A stretch of DNA of 64,000 bases from Cyanophyceae cyanobacterium (GCA_038321985.1 JBBQFN010000003.1:96001-160000), one strand, 5' to 3'; positions 1 through 11,445 are shown, counted from the stretch's first letter. The notes: a model not told the origin generated them from the sequence alone. Program-made: numbers and translations.

Positions 1-699
1 GTAAGACCCCTCAGGGTTACCTTGGCGAAACCTTCAAGATTTTATGGCTCTAATTGTAGGGACAAATTTGCAGAAAGGATAGGATGGGCTTCCGTGCGAC
101 TGCTACCCGAGTTGAGGGAAAAATTTGCCGATTTCCGGATCGGTCTACTATTTATTATTTTCTCCACCTTGCAATGAGTATTTTTTAAAAAAGTGCAGTT
201 TAATTAATTCTTAAGATTTGTCTAACCCAGAAAGTTCATCGCAAAAAATGCCGGGAAAATGATTTTGAGAAAAATTAATTTAAAAAACTGTACGGATTGA
301 GGATTGGAATCTGAGTATAGAGTTTGAATAAGTGCCCGGTTTTATCCGGCGATCGCCTGCAATTCCAGCGCAAGAGGGAATGTTGCAACCAGACTCGTTC
401 TAAAGGATTTCAGTTCCTCAGAACGGCATTTAGATTGCAATATTTTCCCCGGATTAACCTGACTTGCTCAGGATACTCCCCAGAAAAACCCGATGGGCAG
501 GATTCAGACGCGATCGCTGATGGATAACCTTTATTGAGGTGAGCGAGGTCATGCTTGCTAGACCCTAGGGGGTTGTTCACAGCACAACTTTCAAGTAAGG
601 CGTTTCCCAATGACGAACCCCATCTGGGGGCGATCTGGGGGTTTTTTTATGCCCAGATCGGTCTGAATGTAACGCTTTGTCCGACTGAGGAGGCGAACA

Positions 700-2556
700 A
701 TGAACATTCAACTGCTTGCAATTGGCACCTTAGCGGCCATTGTTACAGCGGATTTAACCCAAGAAGCCAGTGTAAGTCCCGGTGGACATTCCCAAGCGCT
801 GGCATCCCCCGCTAGTACCGAACTGAGCGATGACCCTCACCACCCTAGAGATGAGGCACTACTGAACTATGCTGTGATCTCCCCTGGCGATCGGGACAAA
901 ATGCTTGATCCAAATGAACCTGGGGAATACAACCCCAGTCTGAGGGCCGGGTTAGTACAACAAATGCCATTAACCGATGTAGAAGGCCACTGGGCTAGAG
1001 AATTTATCGAAGTGCTACAAACCAAGGGAATTATTCTCGGCTTCCCCGACGGCAGTTTTAGACCTGATGTAGCTATGACCCGCGCTGAATTTGCGGCAGT
1101 GCTGCAACGGGCCTTTCCAGACCACAACCCCACGGATAAGGAGCCGTGGAGTTCGGATTCTGAGGGGTCTTTTGCAGATGTTCCGGAGGATTACTGGGCA
1201 CAAACTGCGATCGCCGTAGCATCGGAAATGGGATTTCTAGGAGGCTATCCCAACCAAGCGTTTGAACCCAACCAACCGATTCCCCGATTGCAGGTGTTAG
1301 TCGCCCTGGTGAATGGCTTAAATTTAAAAGCCCCAAGGGAAACTCTGGGAAATTTAGAGGCTTATTTTCCATCGGCAGCATCGATTCCTACTTATGCACA
1401 AGACCCCCTAGCAGGTGCGATTCTCCTGTTGGAAAACCTGCAACAGCATGGACAAGAGTCTGGTGGGACAACTCCGAATGATTGGTTTTCCGCTCCCGAT
1501 CGCATCGCCACCCGAGGGGAAGTCGCCGCTTTTATTTATCAGGCACTGGCAATGGTAGAGGCAGAACCCTCCCCAGTTGAGGTTCCCACTCTTTCTAGGG
1601 ATGAATCTGTAACCCCCAACGGGGAAAGTCTGGAAATAACTGCCTCACTTTTTCCTTCCCTCCCCGCCGAAAGTGTAGTCATGCTGTTTCCTCAATCACC
1701 GCAAAACCAGGAGGGTCTGGATGATCGCCCGGAAAACTACTATCCAAGCGATCGCCCCGCAGTCGAAGCTAAATTTTCCCTACCGAGTAACAGTTGGGGG
1801 ATTGGGGGTGAGGGACTTGCCATGACGGCAGCCAGTCTCGAACCCTTCGAGGACCTGGACTCCCAAGCGGTTCCTACGGATCGCCGAATGAGGATGAGCG
1901 ATCGCTTTCAACCGACTACAGAACCCTTAGAAAGCACTACCGCCCTGTTCCCCCCTCGTTCCGTTGCTGTGGAGCAGTCTGAGGCATCCATAGAACCTCT
2001 GGAAAACAGCATCAGTCTGCGTTTGGAAACTTTACGCGGCAGAATTCAATCGACTCCCTCTCCGGTGCCAGAATTACCCCCCCTAGAGGCAGCCGGTTCT
2101 TACCTCCCTGAACCTACTGAACTCTTTCAGGGCTATCTGTGGCCCGCCCGGGGCGTTTTCACCTCGGGGTTTGGGATCCGCTGGGGACGAATGCACAAGG
2201 GGATTGATATTGCCGGACCCATTGGCACGCCAATCATGGCGGCAGCGACTGGCATTGTCAGTTTTGCCGGGTGGAATTCTGGGGGATATGGAAACTTAGT
2301 GGAAATTGAGCATCCTGATGGCAGTCTCACCCGTTACGCTCACAATCATCGGATTCTGGTCAGCGTCGGTCAGGAGGTGATCCAGGGTCAACTGATTGCG
2401 GAAATGGGAAGTACCGGAAATAGCACAGGTCCTCACTTGCATTTTGAGCTTTATCCGCCGGGTACGGATGCAGCCGATCCCTTGGCCTATCTTCCCGGCG
2501 ATCGCCAGAAGCTACGCCTCGATTCTACGGTGGGCCAAGCGGTCTATTCACAGTGA
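700..2556 (+). CDS. S-layer homology (SLH) domain protein with C-terminal M23 peptidase
   Basis: SLH repeats (DVEGHWA..GFPDGSFRPD..TRAEFAA; DVPEDYWA..GYPNQAFEPN); M23 motifs HKGIDIA, YAH and HLHFE; GAGGAGG RBS upstream. Confidence 0.9.
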   Translation: MNIQLLAIGTLAAIVTADLTQEASVSPGGHSQALASPASTELSDDPHHPRDEALLNYAVISPGDRDKMLDPNEPGEYNPSLRAGLVQQMPLTDVEGHWAREFIEVLQTKGIILGFPDGSFRPDVAMTRAEFAAVLQRAFPDHNPTDKEPWSSDSEGSFADVPEDYWAQTAIAVASEMGFLGGYPNQAFEPNQPIPRLQVLVALVNGLNLKAPRETLGNLEAYFPSAASIPTYAQDPLAGAILLLENLQQHGQESGGTTPNDWFSAPDRIATRGEVAAFIYQALAMVEAEPSPVEVPTLSRDESVTPNGESLEITASLFPSLPAESVVMLFPQSPQNQEGLDDRPENYYPSDRPAVEAKFSLPSNSWGIGGEGLAMTAASLEPFEDLDSQAVPTDRRMRMSDRFQPTTEPLESTTALFPPRSVAVEQSEASIEPLENSISLRLETLRGRIQSTPSPVPELPPLEAAGSYLPEPTELFQGYLWPARGVFTSGFGIRWGRMHKGIDIAGPIGTPIMAAATGIVSFAGWNSGGYGNLVEIEHPDGSLTRYAHNHRILVSVGQEVIQGQLIAEMGSTGNSTGPHLHFELYPPGTDAADPLAYLPGDRQKLRLDSTVGQAVYSQ

Positions 2557-2623
2557 TAAGGTGTAAGGGTTGAGGTACGGGTGCTTTCAGGGACACGGCA
2601 AGGCCGTGTCCTTTCGTTTAAGC

Positions 2624-3913
2624 TCACAAGGGCGAAGTGGGCTGGACTGATAAGGCTTTAACGGTTTTGGGATGTCGTCCCAATTGTCCCGTCATTAAGC
2701 GTAGGGCAAAATGCTTCACCGGGGGTAGGGTTCGCAATCCCCATAATCCTAAGCGACGTAGGGAAACGGCGGGTAAGAATTGATTAGAAAATAGGCGATC
2801 GAGAATGTCCGTAAATCCCAGAATCGTGAGATTTTCGACTTTTCGCCAGCGTTCGTATCGTTTGAGCACGGCCAGGGAACCGATATCTTCTCCATTTTGA
2901 TGGGCTTGAGTGAGAATTTCGGCGATCGCAGCCGCATCGCGGATTCCCAAATTTTGCCCTTGTCCCCCCACGGGATGGCAGCAGTGCGCTGCATCTCCAA
3001 TCAAACCCAGGCGGGGTAGCACATAGCGATCGCTCTGCATCAGTTGTACGGAAAATACCCGGCGATCGCCAATGGGTTGAACCTGCCCCATTTGTTCTCC
3101 GTAGCGTTTCTTGAGTTCTACTAAAAATTCTGCCTCATCCAAGGCAGCTAAGGCTTGCGCTTCTTCGTGAGGTGCGGTCCACACAATATTACAGCGATTC
3201 TCGGTCAGGGGTAAAATTGCAAAGGGGCCGCTGGGCCAAAACCGTTCATAAGCAATATTTTCGTGGGATTTTTCGGGTTTGACTTGCACTGTAATGCAGG
3301 ATTGCCAGTATTTCCATCCGCGAGTTTTGATTCCAGCCGCTTCCCGAATCTGCGATCGCACACCATCGGCAGCAATTAACACCCGGGTGCGAATCTGATG
3401 GGTTTCCAGGGTGTCTTCATCCAGCGATCGTACCTCTACCACCACGCCATCCGGTTGATATTCTACCCCCAGCACCTCCGCTGGACATCTCCAAGTCACA
3501 TTTGAACAATCCGTGAGAAAGTCCTGCAATGCCGTGAGTAATACCTGATGTTCCCCCACATAACCCAGGGTTTCTCCTCCTAAGTCTCCCGGTTGAAAGC
3601 GTACCCCTTCTCGTCCAGAATCCGAGAGACTAATTTGATCAAACGGGGTAATTCTGGGGAAAATCCTATCCCAGACCCCGATTGCTTGAAAAATTTGACC
3701 CGACAACAGGGAAAGGGCGTACACTTGATTTCGGGAAGCGGCAACCGACGGAGGCAATGCCTCAATCAGCACAACTTTTAAGCCAGAATCTTTTAAAGAG
3801 GCGGCCAAAGTTGTCCCAGCAATTCCGGCACCGGCGATCGCCACATCATAATCAAAAGCCGATTCTGATGGGGGAGTGAGAGTTGTTTCGCGAGTAAGCT
3901 GCTGTAAGGGCAT
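2624..3913 (-). CDS. UbiH/UbiF/VisC family FAD-dependent hydroxylase
   Basis: GAGIAG Rossmann motif, ADG motif, GDAAH..HPVGGQG.NLG.RD motif. Confidence 0.9.
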   Translation of the reverse strand: MPLQQLTRETTLTPPSESAFDYDVAIAGAGIAGTTLAASLKDSGLKVVLIEALPPSVAASRNQVYALSLLSGQIFQAIGVWDRIFPRITPFDQISLSDSGREGVRFQPGDLGGETLGYVGEHQVLLTALQDFLTDCSNVTWRCPAEVLGVEYQPDGVVVEVRSLDEDTLETHQIRTRVLIAADGVRSQIREAAGIKTRGWKYWQSCITVQVKPEKSHENIAYERFWPSGPFAILPLTENRCNIVWTAPHEEAQALAALDEAEFLVELKKRYGEQMGQVQPIGDRRVFSVQLMQSDRYVLPRLGLIGDAAHCCHPVGGQGQNLGIRDAAAIAEILTQAHQNGEDIGSLAVLKRYERWRKVENLTILGFTDILDRLFSNQFLPAVSLRRLGLWGLRTLPPVKHFALRLMTGQLGRHPKTVKALSVQPTSPL

Positions 3914-4127
3914 GGTTATCGAAGGTTCTCAAAGCAGATAAGAATTGGTCGTTTTGCTTATTATTGTGCCGCAAATCGGGATTTAAGGCCAGGGGTCAAG
4001 GATATCGGGAGGATGGGAGAGGGGAAGGACTGGTGAGTTTCGGCGTCCCAAGTGAAGTTATTTCTTATTGTTCAACGTGGCGACTTGCGCTCGTTTCCTC
4101 TCCCCAATCTCCCCCATCCCCTCTTGC

Positions 4128-5413
4128 CTAAAATTGATATTCAATTCCCGTAATCACATCAACCCGTAAATTAGGATTATCCACAGAGGGGTCACTGGCA
4201 TATCTCAAAATCAAAGAGTTATTAAAAGACCATCCCTGAACCAAAGGAATTCCTAATGTAGTGGAAGATTCGATATAATAGTCTTCCACATCCTCAAAGG
4301 GAAGCTCAAAGGTGAGGAATTGCCGGAGGGTGAGGAAATCAAAATAAACATCTTTATAGCGCATTCGATACTGAGCGACTGGAAAATCTAAGTCATCCCG
4401 ACGGCGGATAGAATCCTCGTAGCGAATGCCTAAACCCAATTGCATATCAAAAGAGCGATCCGGACCGGCTCGCCAGATGTTGATACCCGGACCCATATAT
4501 AAATTAGTTCTTATATCAATAGCATCGGGTTCATCCCGGCGTACTAGGGAACTGATAAAATATTGATAACGTTTGCTGGTATGATGTCTGTATTCTGCAT
4601 CAATTTGACCTTGTAACTGATTATCGTTTTCAGGGGAAACTCGGCTATCATCATAGTCATTCGTTACCTGGATTTGAAAATCGACTTCATCCGTCGGCCA
4701 CTGTCGCTCAAGTCCAAAGTTGAAGGTTGTTTCACTGGTGACTTTTGCCCCCGAAAAGAAGGTTGCACCAATTTCCAATTGACCGTCCCAACCTGTTGGT
4801 TCAAAGGGAAAAAAGGCTGGGGATTCTGCCGGTTGAGCCTCACTCACAATATCGCGACTCTCGGATAAAAGAGCTAAGGCGCGATCGCCTAATCCGACGG
4901 CTTCATAGTGAAGGGCAATCTCTGCTAGTAAGCTGGATTTTATAGCAGGATTCTCTACGCTATTGGCAGTGGCCAATGCTTCCGCGAGCAAGTTAGTTGC
5001 GGTTTCGGGTTGTCCGAGTTGAAAATAGGCCCTTGCGATCGCACTTTTTGTCCGAACTTTAACCCCGTCATCTGCAATATCATTCGCGGTGGTTAAGGCA
5101 TCAGCTAAGATGATTTCGGCACGTTCTTCCTGAGTAATTTCTGCATATTTTAAGGCAATTTCTGTTAACAACCGGGCTTTAGCTTCCGGCTCTTCCCCAG
5201 TATTTGCTACCTCTAATGCTTCTTCTAAAATCTGCAACGTTGACTGAGGACCTCTGTCTACTTGTTGAGCAATTTGTAGGGAAAGTAACTCCGAATCCCT
5301 ATCGGAATATAAAAAAGTATTGCTAGTTTGCGATCGCCCGAGAGAAGCCCAACTTAAATGAGCAAAAAAACCCCCATTGATGCTATGATAATTGGACCTT
5401 TCAACTTCTTCAT
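4128..5413 (-). pseudogene. DUF481-like outer-membrane beta-barrel protein with N-terminal helical repeats; signal peptide separated by a 1-nt frameshift
   Basis: ORF 4128-5237 has helical repeats, then a barrel ending in YQF. Upstream ATG at 5413 gives signal-peptide-like MKKLKGPIIIASMGVF, which joins the main frame if the T7 run (5364-5370) gains one base. Confidence 0.6.
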
Positions 5414-5671
5414 CCTAGTAATCTTTTTGAAACTTTTACGGGTGGTTTCTTTCAAAACTAGCCACTGGCAAAAATTATAATCTACCTTAGCCTCTGCAAA
5501 TATTTGAACCCAGAAACCCCCTGTTTTTTATAGCTACAATTAAGGTTACAACAGACCGGGATAAAAATACACCGACCCCGTAGGCGATCGGTGCGGCAAC
5601 CCACCCCACGCAATCTCGAAATATTTGTTAACAATAGAGAGTAACCATTAATTAACTGGATAAAAGTCACC

Positions 5672-7171
5672 ATGACTCAACAAAATCGCCCTAAATGGGA
5701 TGCCGGTAGGTTCTGCAAAACCCTATCCTATTTTGGAGTTGTCCCGTTTTTGGGGAATATTTCCTGGATCCGAAACCTCCTAACCGGGGGTAAAAGTACC
5801 ATCAACACTCCCAAAAACCCGGGAATTATTCTCGTTGCTGGTGCCACTGGAGGTGTCGGGAAGCGGGTAGTAAAAAAACTGCAACAGCGGGGGTATCAAG
5901 TTCGAGCTCTAGTTAGAGATATCAAGCGGGGACGGGAAATCCTCGGGAGTGACGTCGATCTGGTTGATGGTGATATTACCCTTCCCAATAGTTTGAGCGA
6001 TCGCCTCTTCCAAGATGTCACCGCCGTTATTTCTTGTATCGGTACTCGGGTGCAACCCGTCGAAGGGGATACCCCAACCCGGGAAAAATACTATCAAGGC
6101 ATCAAATTTTACACCCCGGAAGTGATAGATGTACCGGAACAAGTCGAATATCAAGGGATTCAAAATCTGGTCGATGCTACCCGGCGTCAACTCGCCACCC
6201 TAGGTGCACCCCATGAAAAAGTGATCTTTGATTTCAGCAAACCCACAGAAAATCTCAAGGACATCTGGGGTGCACTGGATGATATCGTTATGGGTGGAGT
6301 CAGTGAAAGTAACGTCCGCCTTGTCAACGGCATGGCGTTGTTCTCCGGTAATGTTTCCACCTCAAACTCCGGTGGATTTGTCTCTATTCGTACCCGTAAT
6401 TTCGAGCCGCCCTTGGATTTCTCGACCTATCAAGGCATTGATGTTCGCGTCAAAGGCGATGGTAATCGGTATAAATTTATACTCCGGACCGATCCCACAT
6501 GGGATAGTGTTTCCTACTGTTATTCCTTTGATACCGTTGCTAATATAGAATTTACCGTTCGCATTCCTTTTTCAGACTTTATCCCAGTCTTTCGCGCTAA
6601 AACTTTAAAAGACTGCCCACCCTTAGAGACGCATCAAATTCGCTCCGTGCAAATCATGCTGAGTAAGTTTGAGTATGATGGGGAACTGAATCCCCAGTTT
6701 ACCCCCGGAGCCTTTCAATTACAAATCCAATCGATGAAGGCTTATGGTGGGCCAGCTTTACCTCGGTTTATTCAGGTGAGTTCGGCGGGGGTAACTCGTC
6801 CGGGACGTCCTGGATTAGATTTAGAGTCAGAACCGCCAGCGGTGAGAATGAATGAACAGTTGGGGCGAATTTTAACCTGGAAATTACGGGGTGAGGAAAC
6901 CATTCGCGCCAGTGGATTGCCTTATACGATTATCCGGCCTTGTGCCCTCACAGAAGAACCGGGGGGTGAGGGGTTAATGTTCGAGCAAGGGGATAATATC
7001 AAGGGGAAAGTGAGCCGAGAGGATATCGCCGAACTGTGCGTGCAGGCGCTAGAGTTCCCAGAAGCCGGCAACAAGACCTTTGAGGTGAAAGCCGACCCAG
7101 CAGGAAGTCCGGCAGGGGACTGGCGGGGGTTATTTGCCAACTTAGAGCGCGATCGGCAACCTGTCGCTTAA
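5672..7171 (+). CDS. NAD(P)-binding Rossmann protein with inserted CIA30 domain
   Basis: GATGGVG motif; CIA30 motifs DDIVMGGVSES and SGGFVSIR; C-terminal YTIIRP and VSREDIA. Confidence 0.88.
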   Translation: MTQQNRPKWDAGRFCKTLSYFGVVPFLGNISWIRNLLTGGKSTINTPKNPGIILVAGATGGVGKRVVKKLQQRGYQVRALVRDIKRGREILGSDVDLVDGDITLPNSLSDRLFQDVTAVISCIGTRVQPVEGDTPTREKYYQGIKFYTPEVIDVPEQVEYQGIQNLVDATRRQLATLGAPHEKVIFDFSKPTENLKDIWGALDDIVMGGVSESNVRLVNGMALFSGNVSTSNSGGFVSIRTRNFEPPLDFSTYQGIDVRVKGDGNRYKFILRTDPTWDSVSYCYSFDTVANIEFTVRIPFSDFIPVFRAKTLKDCPPLETHQIRSVQIMLSKFEYDGELNPQFTPGAFQLQIQSMKAYGGPALPRFIQVSSAGVTRPGRPGLDLESEPPAVRMNEQLGRILTWKLRGEETIRASGLPYTIIRPCALTEEPGGEGLMFEQGDNIKGKVSREDIAELCVQALEFPEAGNKTFEVKADPAGSPAGDWRGLFANLERDRQPVA

Positions 7172-7780
7172 TTCACCTCTATGGACAGGGCATTGCCCTG
7201 TCCTGGTCTTACCTTATTTTATAGCAGAAGCTGAATTAGTTTGTAAATTATGCTGCTGTTCTGGATGATGGCAAATCGCCCACTTGTGCGATCGCCACCG
7301 ACCGACCGACCATAAAAAGGCGATCGCATTGATGAAAAGGGAAGCATTCGATGATATCAGGCTTTTTAGAACCTCTGTAAGTGTAGCAAGGGGTACAAAA
7401 TTGCCTCCTACCCCTCATACAAAGTATCTTAATCTTGAACTCAACAGACCTTGACAATGCCACTCATGCAGGTACGTTAGTCGCCCTCCTGCGGTTGTCA
7501 TTGTGGGGGGACAAGACTCATTGGGCCCAAAAAGCCTCTTTTGCAGACCACTGGAGGTCTCTTGGGTGGTTTTGAGGTACCAAATGTGATGACGGAAATC
7601 TAGGTTGATCAGAAGTATTTTTTATAAATCCGCCTTGAGGGGGATGTTTTTACCTGGGTATAGAACAATGCTGTCTAAAGGAGGTGTCAAAAAAAACTCA
7701 AATGACTTAATCATCAGTGGCTCACCCCAGTCATCAGATTGTGGGAGTCAATTTTATTTACTACGTTCGAGGTAGCTACC

Positions 7781-10700
7781 ATGTTTCAATTTGTACAAAG
7801 GATGATAGAGGTTGGCTGGCTTGCTCAGGTGCCTATGGTATCGGCACCCACGCCAGAACAGTCTTCCGTTTTATTCTCAGGACCCCAATTTTTTACAGCC
7901 CTAGTTTCTGGGGTGCTTTTAGCCTTTGGTTTTCAACTTTTATTAACAAATCTTTCGGTTGCTGCTGGTATTTCATACATGGGTAAGTCCTCTAGCTCAG
8001 ACTCACATTCTGGGTCTGGGGATAGCCTAGGCAGTACGATTCGGAAAGTAGAAAAGGCAGTTGGCATCTGGACTTTGGTCACGGTCAGTATTGCTTTATT
8101 TTGCGCCGCCTTACTGGCCGTCAGACTCAGCCTGATGGTCAGTGTTGGGTTAGGTGCAATTTTGGGGTTGGTCATCTGGGCCACCTATTTCTCTATCTTG
8201 GTATGGGTGAGTTCCACTACGGTTGGCTCTTTAGTTGGTTCGGTGGTTAATGCCGCGACTTCTGGCTTTCAAGCGATTCTGGGAACAGCAACTAGCGCCC
8301 TAGGTGCGAAAGCTGCCTCTAATCAAGTTGTGGCAACGGCGGAAGCAGCAGCAGCCGCGGTGCGACGCGAATTGGGTCAAGCTTTTGATCCCGACGATAT
8401 TCGGGAGAATTTAGAAGATTACATTCAGGCTTTAAAACCGGCACAACTGGACCTGAAAGGGATCCGACAAGAATTTGAAAATTTGCTAAATGAACCCCAA
8501 CTTCAGGAACTGGCCAGCCAAGGAACCCTGCCGGATGTTGACCGGGAGTCTTTGGTTTCTCTAGTCAGTTCGCGTACGGACTTATCAAAGCGGGATATCA
8601 ATCGCATTGTTGATGAGTTGGAAGCGTCCTGGAATAACGCCAAGCAGAAATTACAACCCCAGAAAAATTGGATGGGGGAATTGGTGTCTTATATTAAGGA
8701 TGCTTCCCCTGGGGATTTGATCTCCGATCGCTTTGATGGACAACTTAATCGCTTGATTGACGCGATTGGAAATCAAGGTCAGAGCAATCAGAACCCGGGG
8801 AATAAGCAGAATCAACCCTCGGGGATGATGCAGCAGGGAATGATGTTAGCATTTAATGCCGCCTTGGGTATGCTGATGGGGCGGACTGATGTATCGGATT
8901 TCGACATTGAAAAAATCCTCTCTCAGTTACAGGATGCAAAACATAAAGTGACGGAGGGAACGGATAAAGTTACCCGGCAGATTCAGGGTAAACCCGCAGA
9001 ACCTTACAGTGCCTTGCGAGCAGATATTGACAATTACGTGATCAATAAATATTCCTGGCAGATGACGCCGGAAATTATTGATCGCGAATTCCGGGATGTC
9101 TTGTTTGATCCCGAGGCAGACCCGGGACTGATTCGGCAGGAGTTGGAACGCTTCCGTCGTGGCAATTTCGTAGATATGCTGACTTCACGCGGTGTGTTTA
9201 CCCAAGCCCAGATTCAAGAAATCGCCAGTCACTTGGAAGCGGTGCGGTTGCAGGTGCTGCAAACGGTAACTCGGGCTGAGGAACAGCAAAAAGCCCAAGA
9301 TCTGCGAAATCGGGTGGAAGGCTACTTGCGTCACAGTTCTAAGGACACCCTGAAACCCTCGGATATCGAGCGTGATTTCAAAAAATTGATTTCAGATCCG
9401 AAGGCGGATTACCGAGAAATGCGCGATCGCTTGGCACAAATTGACCGGGCGATGGCAATCGAAATCATGCGCGATCGCAACGATCTCACTCGGGATGAAG
9501 CGGCAGAAATGCTTCTAGCTCTGGAACAAACCCGGGATCTAGTCTTAGAAGAGTCCAAAGGAATCCAAGAAGCGGCGCAAGCCAACCTCGATCTCCAGTG
9601 GAACAAGGTCCAGGATTATCTCCGGTCTACCGGAAAAGATGAACTGAACCCTGAAGGCATCAAGCAGGATTTGAGCAAGGTATTAGAGAACCCGCAAGCT
9701 GGATTGGGAGCGCTGGGAGCCCGCCTATCACACTTTGATCGTGATACTTTGGTGAAGTTACTCTCCCAACGGGAAGACCTGAATGAAGAGCAGATTTACC
9801 AAGTTGTAGACCGGGTAGAACATACTTGGCATGATATTTCTCACGCACCGCAACAGATTGCAGAACAAGCCAAGGAACAGTACGATCACGCCACTTCTGC
9901 GATTTCCGAGTACCTGCGAGGAACCGGGAAAGAAGAACTCAACCCGGAAGGAATCCAACGGGATTTGCAGAAACTCCTCAATAATCCTCAAGCGGGTGCA
10001 ATCGCTATTCGCGATCGCCTCACCCAAATGGACCGCGATACGTTGGTACAATTGCTGGCCCAACGGAAAGACTTGAACGAAGCGGATGTCAACCGGATTA
10101 TTGACGAATTACAGCAAAACATTCGTCAGGTCCTTCGGACTCCGCGCCGACTTGCTACTCGGGTTAAGCAACAAGCATTTGAGTTTGAACACGCTTTTGA
10201 AGATTACTTGCGCAATACTGGCAAGGTCGAACTCAATCCCGAGGGCATCAAGCGCGATTTACAGTTACTGATCGCCGATCCACGTCTGGGTGCCAAGAAC
10301 CTTGGACAACGTATCGCCCACATGGATAGCACGACGATCAGGGCATTGTTGGCACAACGTCCCGATATTTCGGAACAAGAAGCCCAGGAAATTGTCAATC
10401 GTATGATGTCCGTTCGCGACCAATTCCTGCAACAGGTGCAGAAGGTTCAAGACAGCATCAAAGCGGTTGTTGATGGTATTTTTGGCCGGATTCGTAACTA
10501 CCTCAATTCTCTGGATCGTCCGGAACTTAACTACGAAAGTCTTAAGCATGATATCCGGACTTTGTTCGACGATCCGCAAGCTGGGTTTGACGCCTTGCGC
10601 GATCGCCTGAGTCACTTTGATCGCGATACCCTCGTGGCGGTGATCAGTTCTCGTGAGGATATCTCCGAAGCGGATGCAAACCGGATGGTGGATCAAATCG

Positions 10701-10921
10701 AAGGGGTTCGGAATAATGTGCTACGCCGTGCCGAACGGATGCAACTGGAAACCCAACGACGCATCGAACAGATGAAGCATGAAGCTGAACGCCAAGTTGA
10801 AGAAACCCGCAAAGCGGCTGAGGTAGCTTCTTGGTGGCTGTTCTTCACGGCTTTGGTTTCGGGTATCGCCGCGGCCAGTGCAGGTGCTTTAGGAGTCCTT
10901 ATCTCGGGGACGGTTTTCTAA
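7781..10921 (+). CDS. Large cyanobacterial membrane protein with ~100-aa internal helical repeats
   Basis: N- and C-terminal hydrophobic segments; repeated unit YLR.TGK.ELNPEGI..DL..L..P..G......RL...DRDTLV; ATG 7781 follows GAGGT (ORF track opens at 7739). Confidence 0.75.
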   Translation: MFQFVQRMIEVGWLAQVPMVSAPTPEQSSVLFSGPQFFTALVSGVLLAFGFQLLLTNLSVAAGISYMGKSSSSDSHSGSGDSLGSTIRKVEKAVGIWTLVTVSIALFCAALLAVRLSLMVSVGLGAILGLVIWATYFSILVWVSSTTVGSLVGSVVNAATSGFQAILGTATSALGAKAASNQVVATAEAAAAAVRRELGQAFDPDDIRENLEDYIQALKPAQLDLKGIRQEFENLLNEPQLQELASQGTLPDVDRESLVSLVSSRTDLSKRDINRIVDELEASWNNAKQKLQPQKNWMGELVSYIKDASPGDLISDRFDGQLNRLIDAIGNQGQSNQNPGNKQNQPSGMMQQGMMLAFNAALGMLMGRTDVSDFDIEKILSQLQDAKHKVTEGTDKVTRQIQGKPAEPYSALRADIDNYVINKYSWQMTPEIIDREFRDVLFDPEADPGLIRQELERFRRGNFVDMLTSRGVFTQAQIQEIASHLEAVRLQVLQTVTRAEEQQKAQDLRNRVEGYLRHSSKDTLKPSDIERDFKKLISDPKADYREMRDRLAQIDRAMAIEIMRDRNDLTRDEAAEMLLALEQTRDLVLEESKGIQEAAQANLDLQWNKVQDYLRSTGKDELNPEGIKQDLSKVLENPQAGLGALGARLSHFDRDTLVKLLSQREDLNEEQIYQVVDRVEHTWHDISHAPQQIAEQAKEQYDHATSAISEYLRGTGKEELNPEGIQRDLQKLLNNPQAGAIAIRDRLTQMDRDTLVQLLAQRKDLNEADVNRIIDELQQNIRQVLRTPRRLATRVKQQAFEFEHAFEDYLRNTGKVELNPEGIKRDLQLLIADPRLGAKNLGQRIAHMDSTTIRALLAQRPDISEQEAQEIVNRMMSVRDQFLQQVQKVQDSIKAVVDGIFGRIRNYLNSLDRPELNYESLKHDIRTLFDDPQAGFDALRDRLSHFDRDTLVAVISSREDISEADANRMVDQIEGVRNNVLRRAERMQLETQRRIEQMKHEAERQVEETRKAAEVASWWLFFTALVSGIAAASAGALGVLISGTVF

Positions 10922-11000
10922 TCCCATTATTAACGCAGGAGGGAGCGAAACGCTCCCTCTCCTGTGAAGAATTATCTAATTTATTTAGCTGTATAAGCCC

Positions 11001-11026
11001 AGCCTCTTTTGTAAGGGGCTTTTTTT
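11001..11026 (+). terminator. Intrinsic terminator
   Basis: AGCCTCTT-ttgt-AAGGGGCT stem followed by a T run. Confidence 0.65.
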
Positions 11027-11182
11027 ATCCGGAAAGGGGACTAACTAATACCAAATCCGGTTCTCGGCGATCGGCTTTAATTGACACCCATGCAGGGTAA
11101 GACTACAGGGACAAATCGGTGGGGGCGCTTTTCTCAAAAGAAAAGAGACTTTTAAATACTAAATTGGGTATAAAAACACCTA

Positions 11183-11212
11183 TTGACATCCCTTTAGGTT
11201 GGGGTTTAACAT
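11183..11212 (+). promoter_or_regulatory. Sigma70-type promoter upstream of the rsgA leader
   Basis: TTGACA-N18-TAACAT. Confidence 0.5.
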
Positions 11213-11287
11213 AGAAAAATGTCATTCTTTAAGATAAAAAAGAAAAGACATCGTTAACCCATCAACGAATGAATCGGGAGGAACCTT

Positions 11288-11347
11288 ATGTCTGTGTTAG
11301 TCAGCATTTCTACTCAACAATTATGCAAAACCCCTGCAAGGCATTAA
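11288..11347 (+). CDS. Putative 19-aa leader peptide (uORF) MSVLVSISTQQLCKTPARH
   Basis: GGGAGG Shine-Dalgarno just upstream of ATG; followed by hairpins before rsgA. Confidence 0.45.
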   Translation: MSVLVSISTQQLCKTPARH

Positions 11348-11445
11348 CGCAGAAACTTTGAAAATGAATTTTCCATTGGAAACCTCCGTCAGAGTTTCTA
11401 GTTGTGCTTTGCCCTCAACACGCAAGACACATCGAGGAACTCTCA

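Noticed and set aside
300..620. c-di-AMP (ydaO) riboswitch upstream of the M23 peptidase
   Set aside because: Plausible context, but the conserved aptamer motifs could not be found
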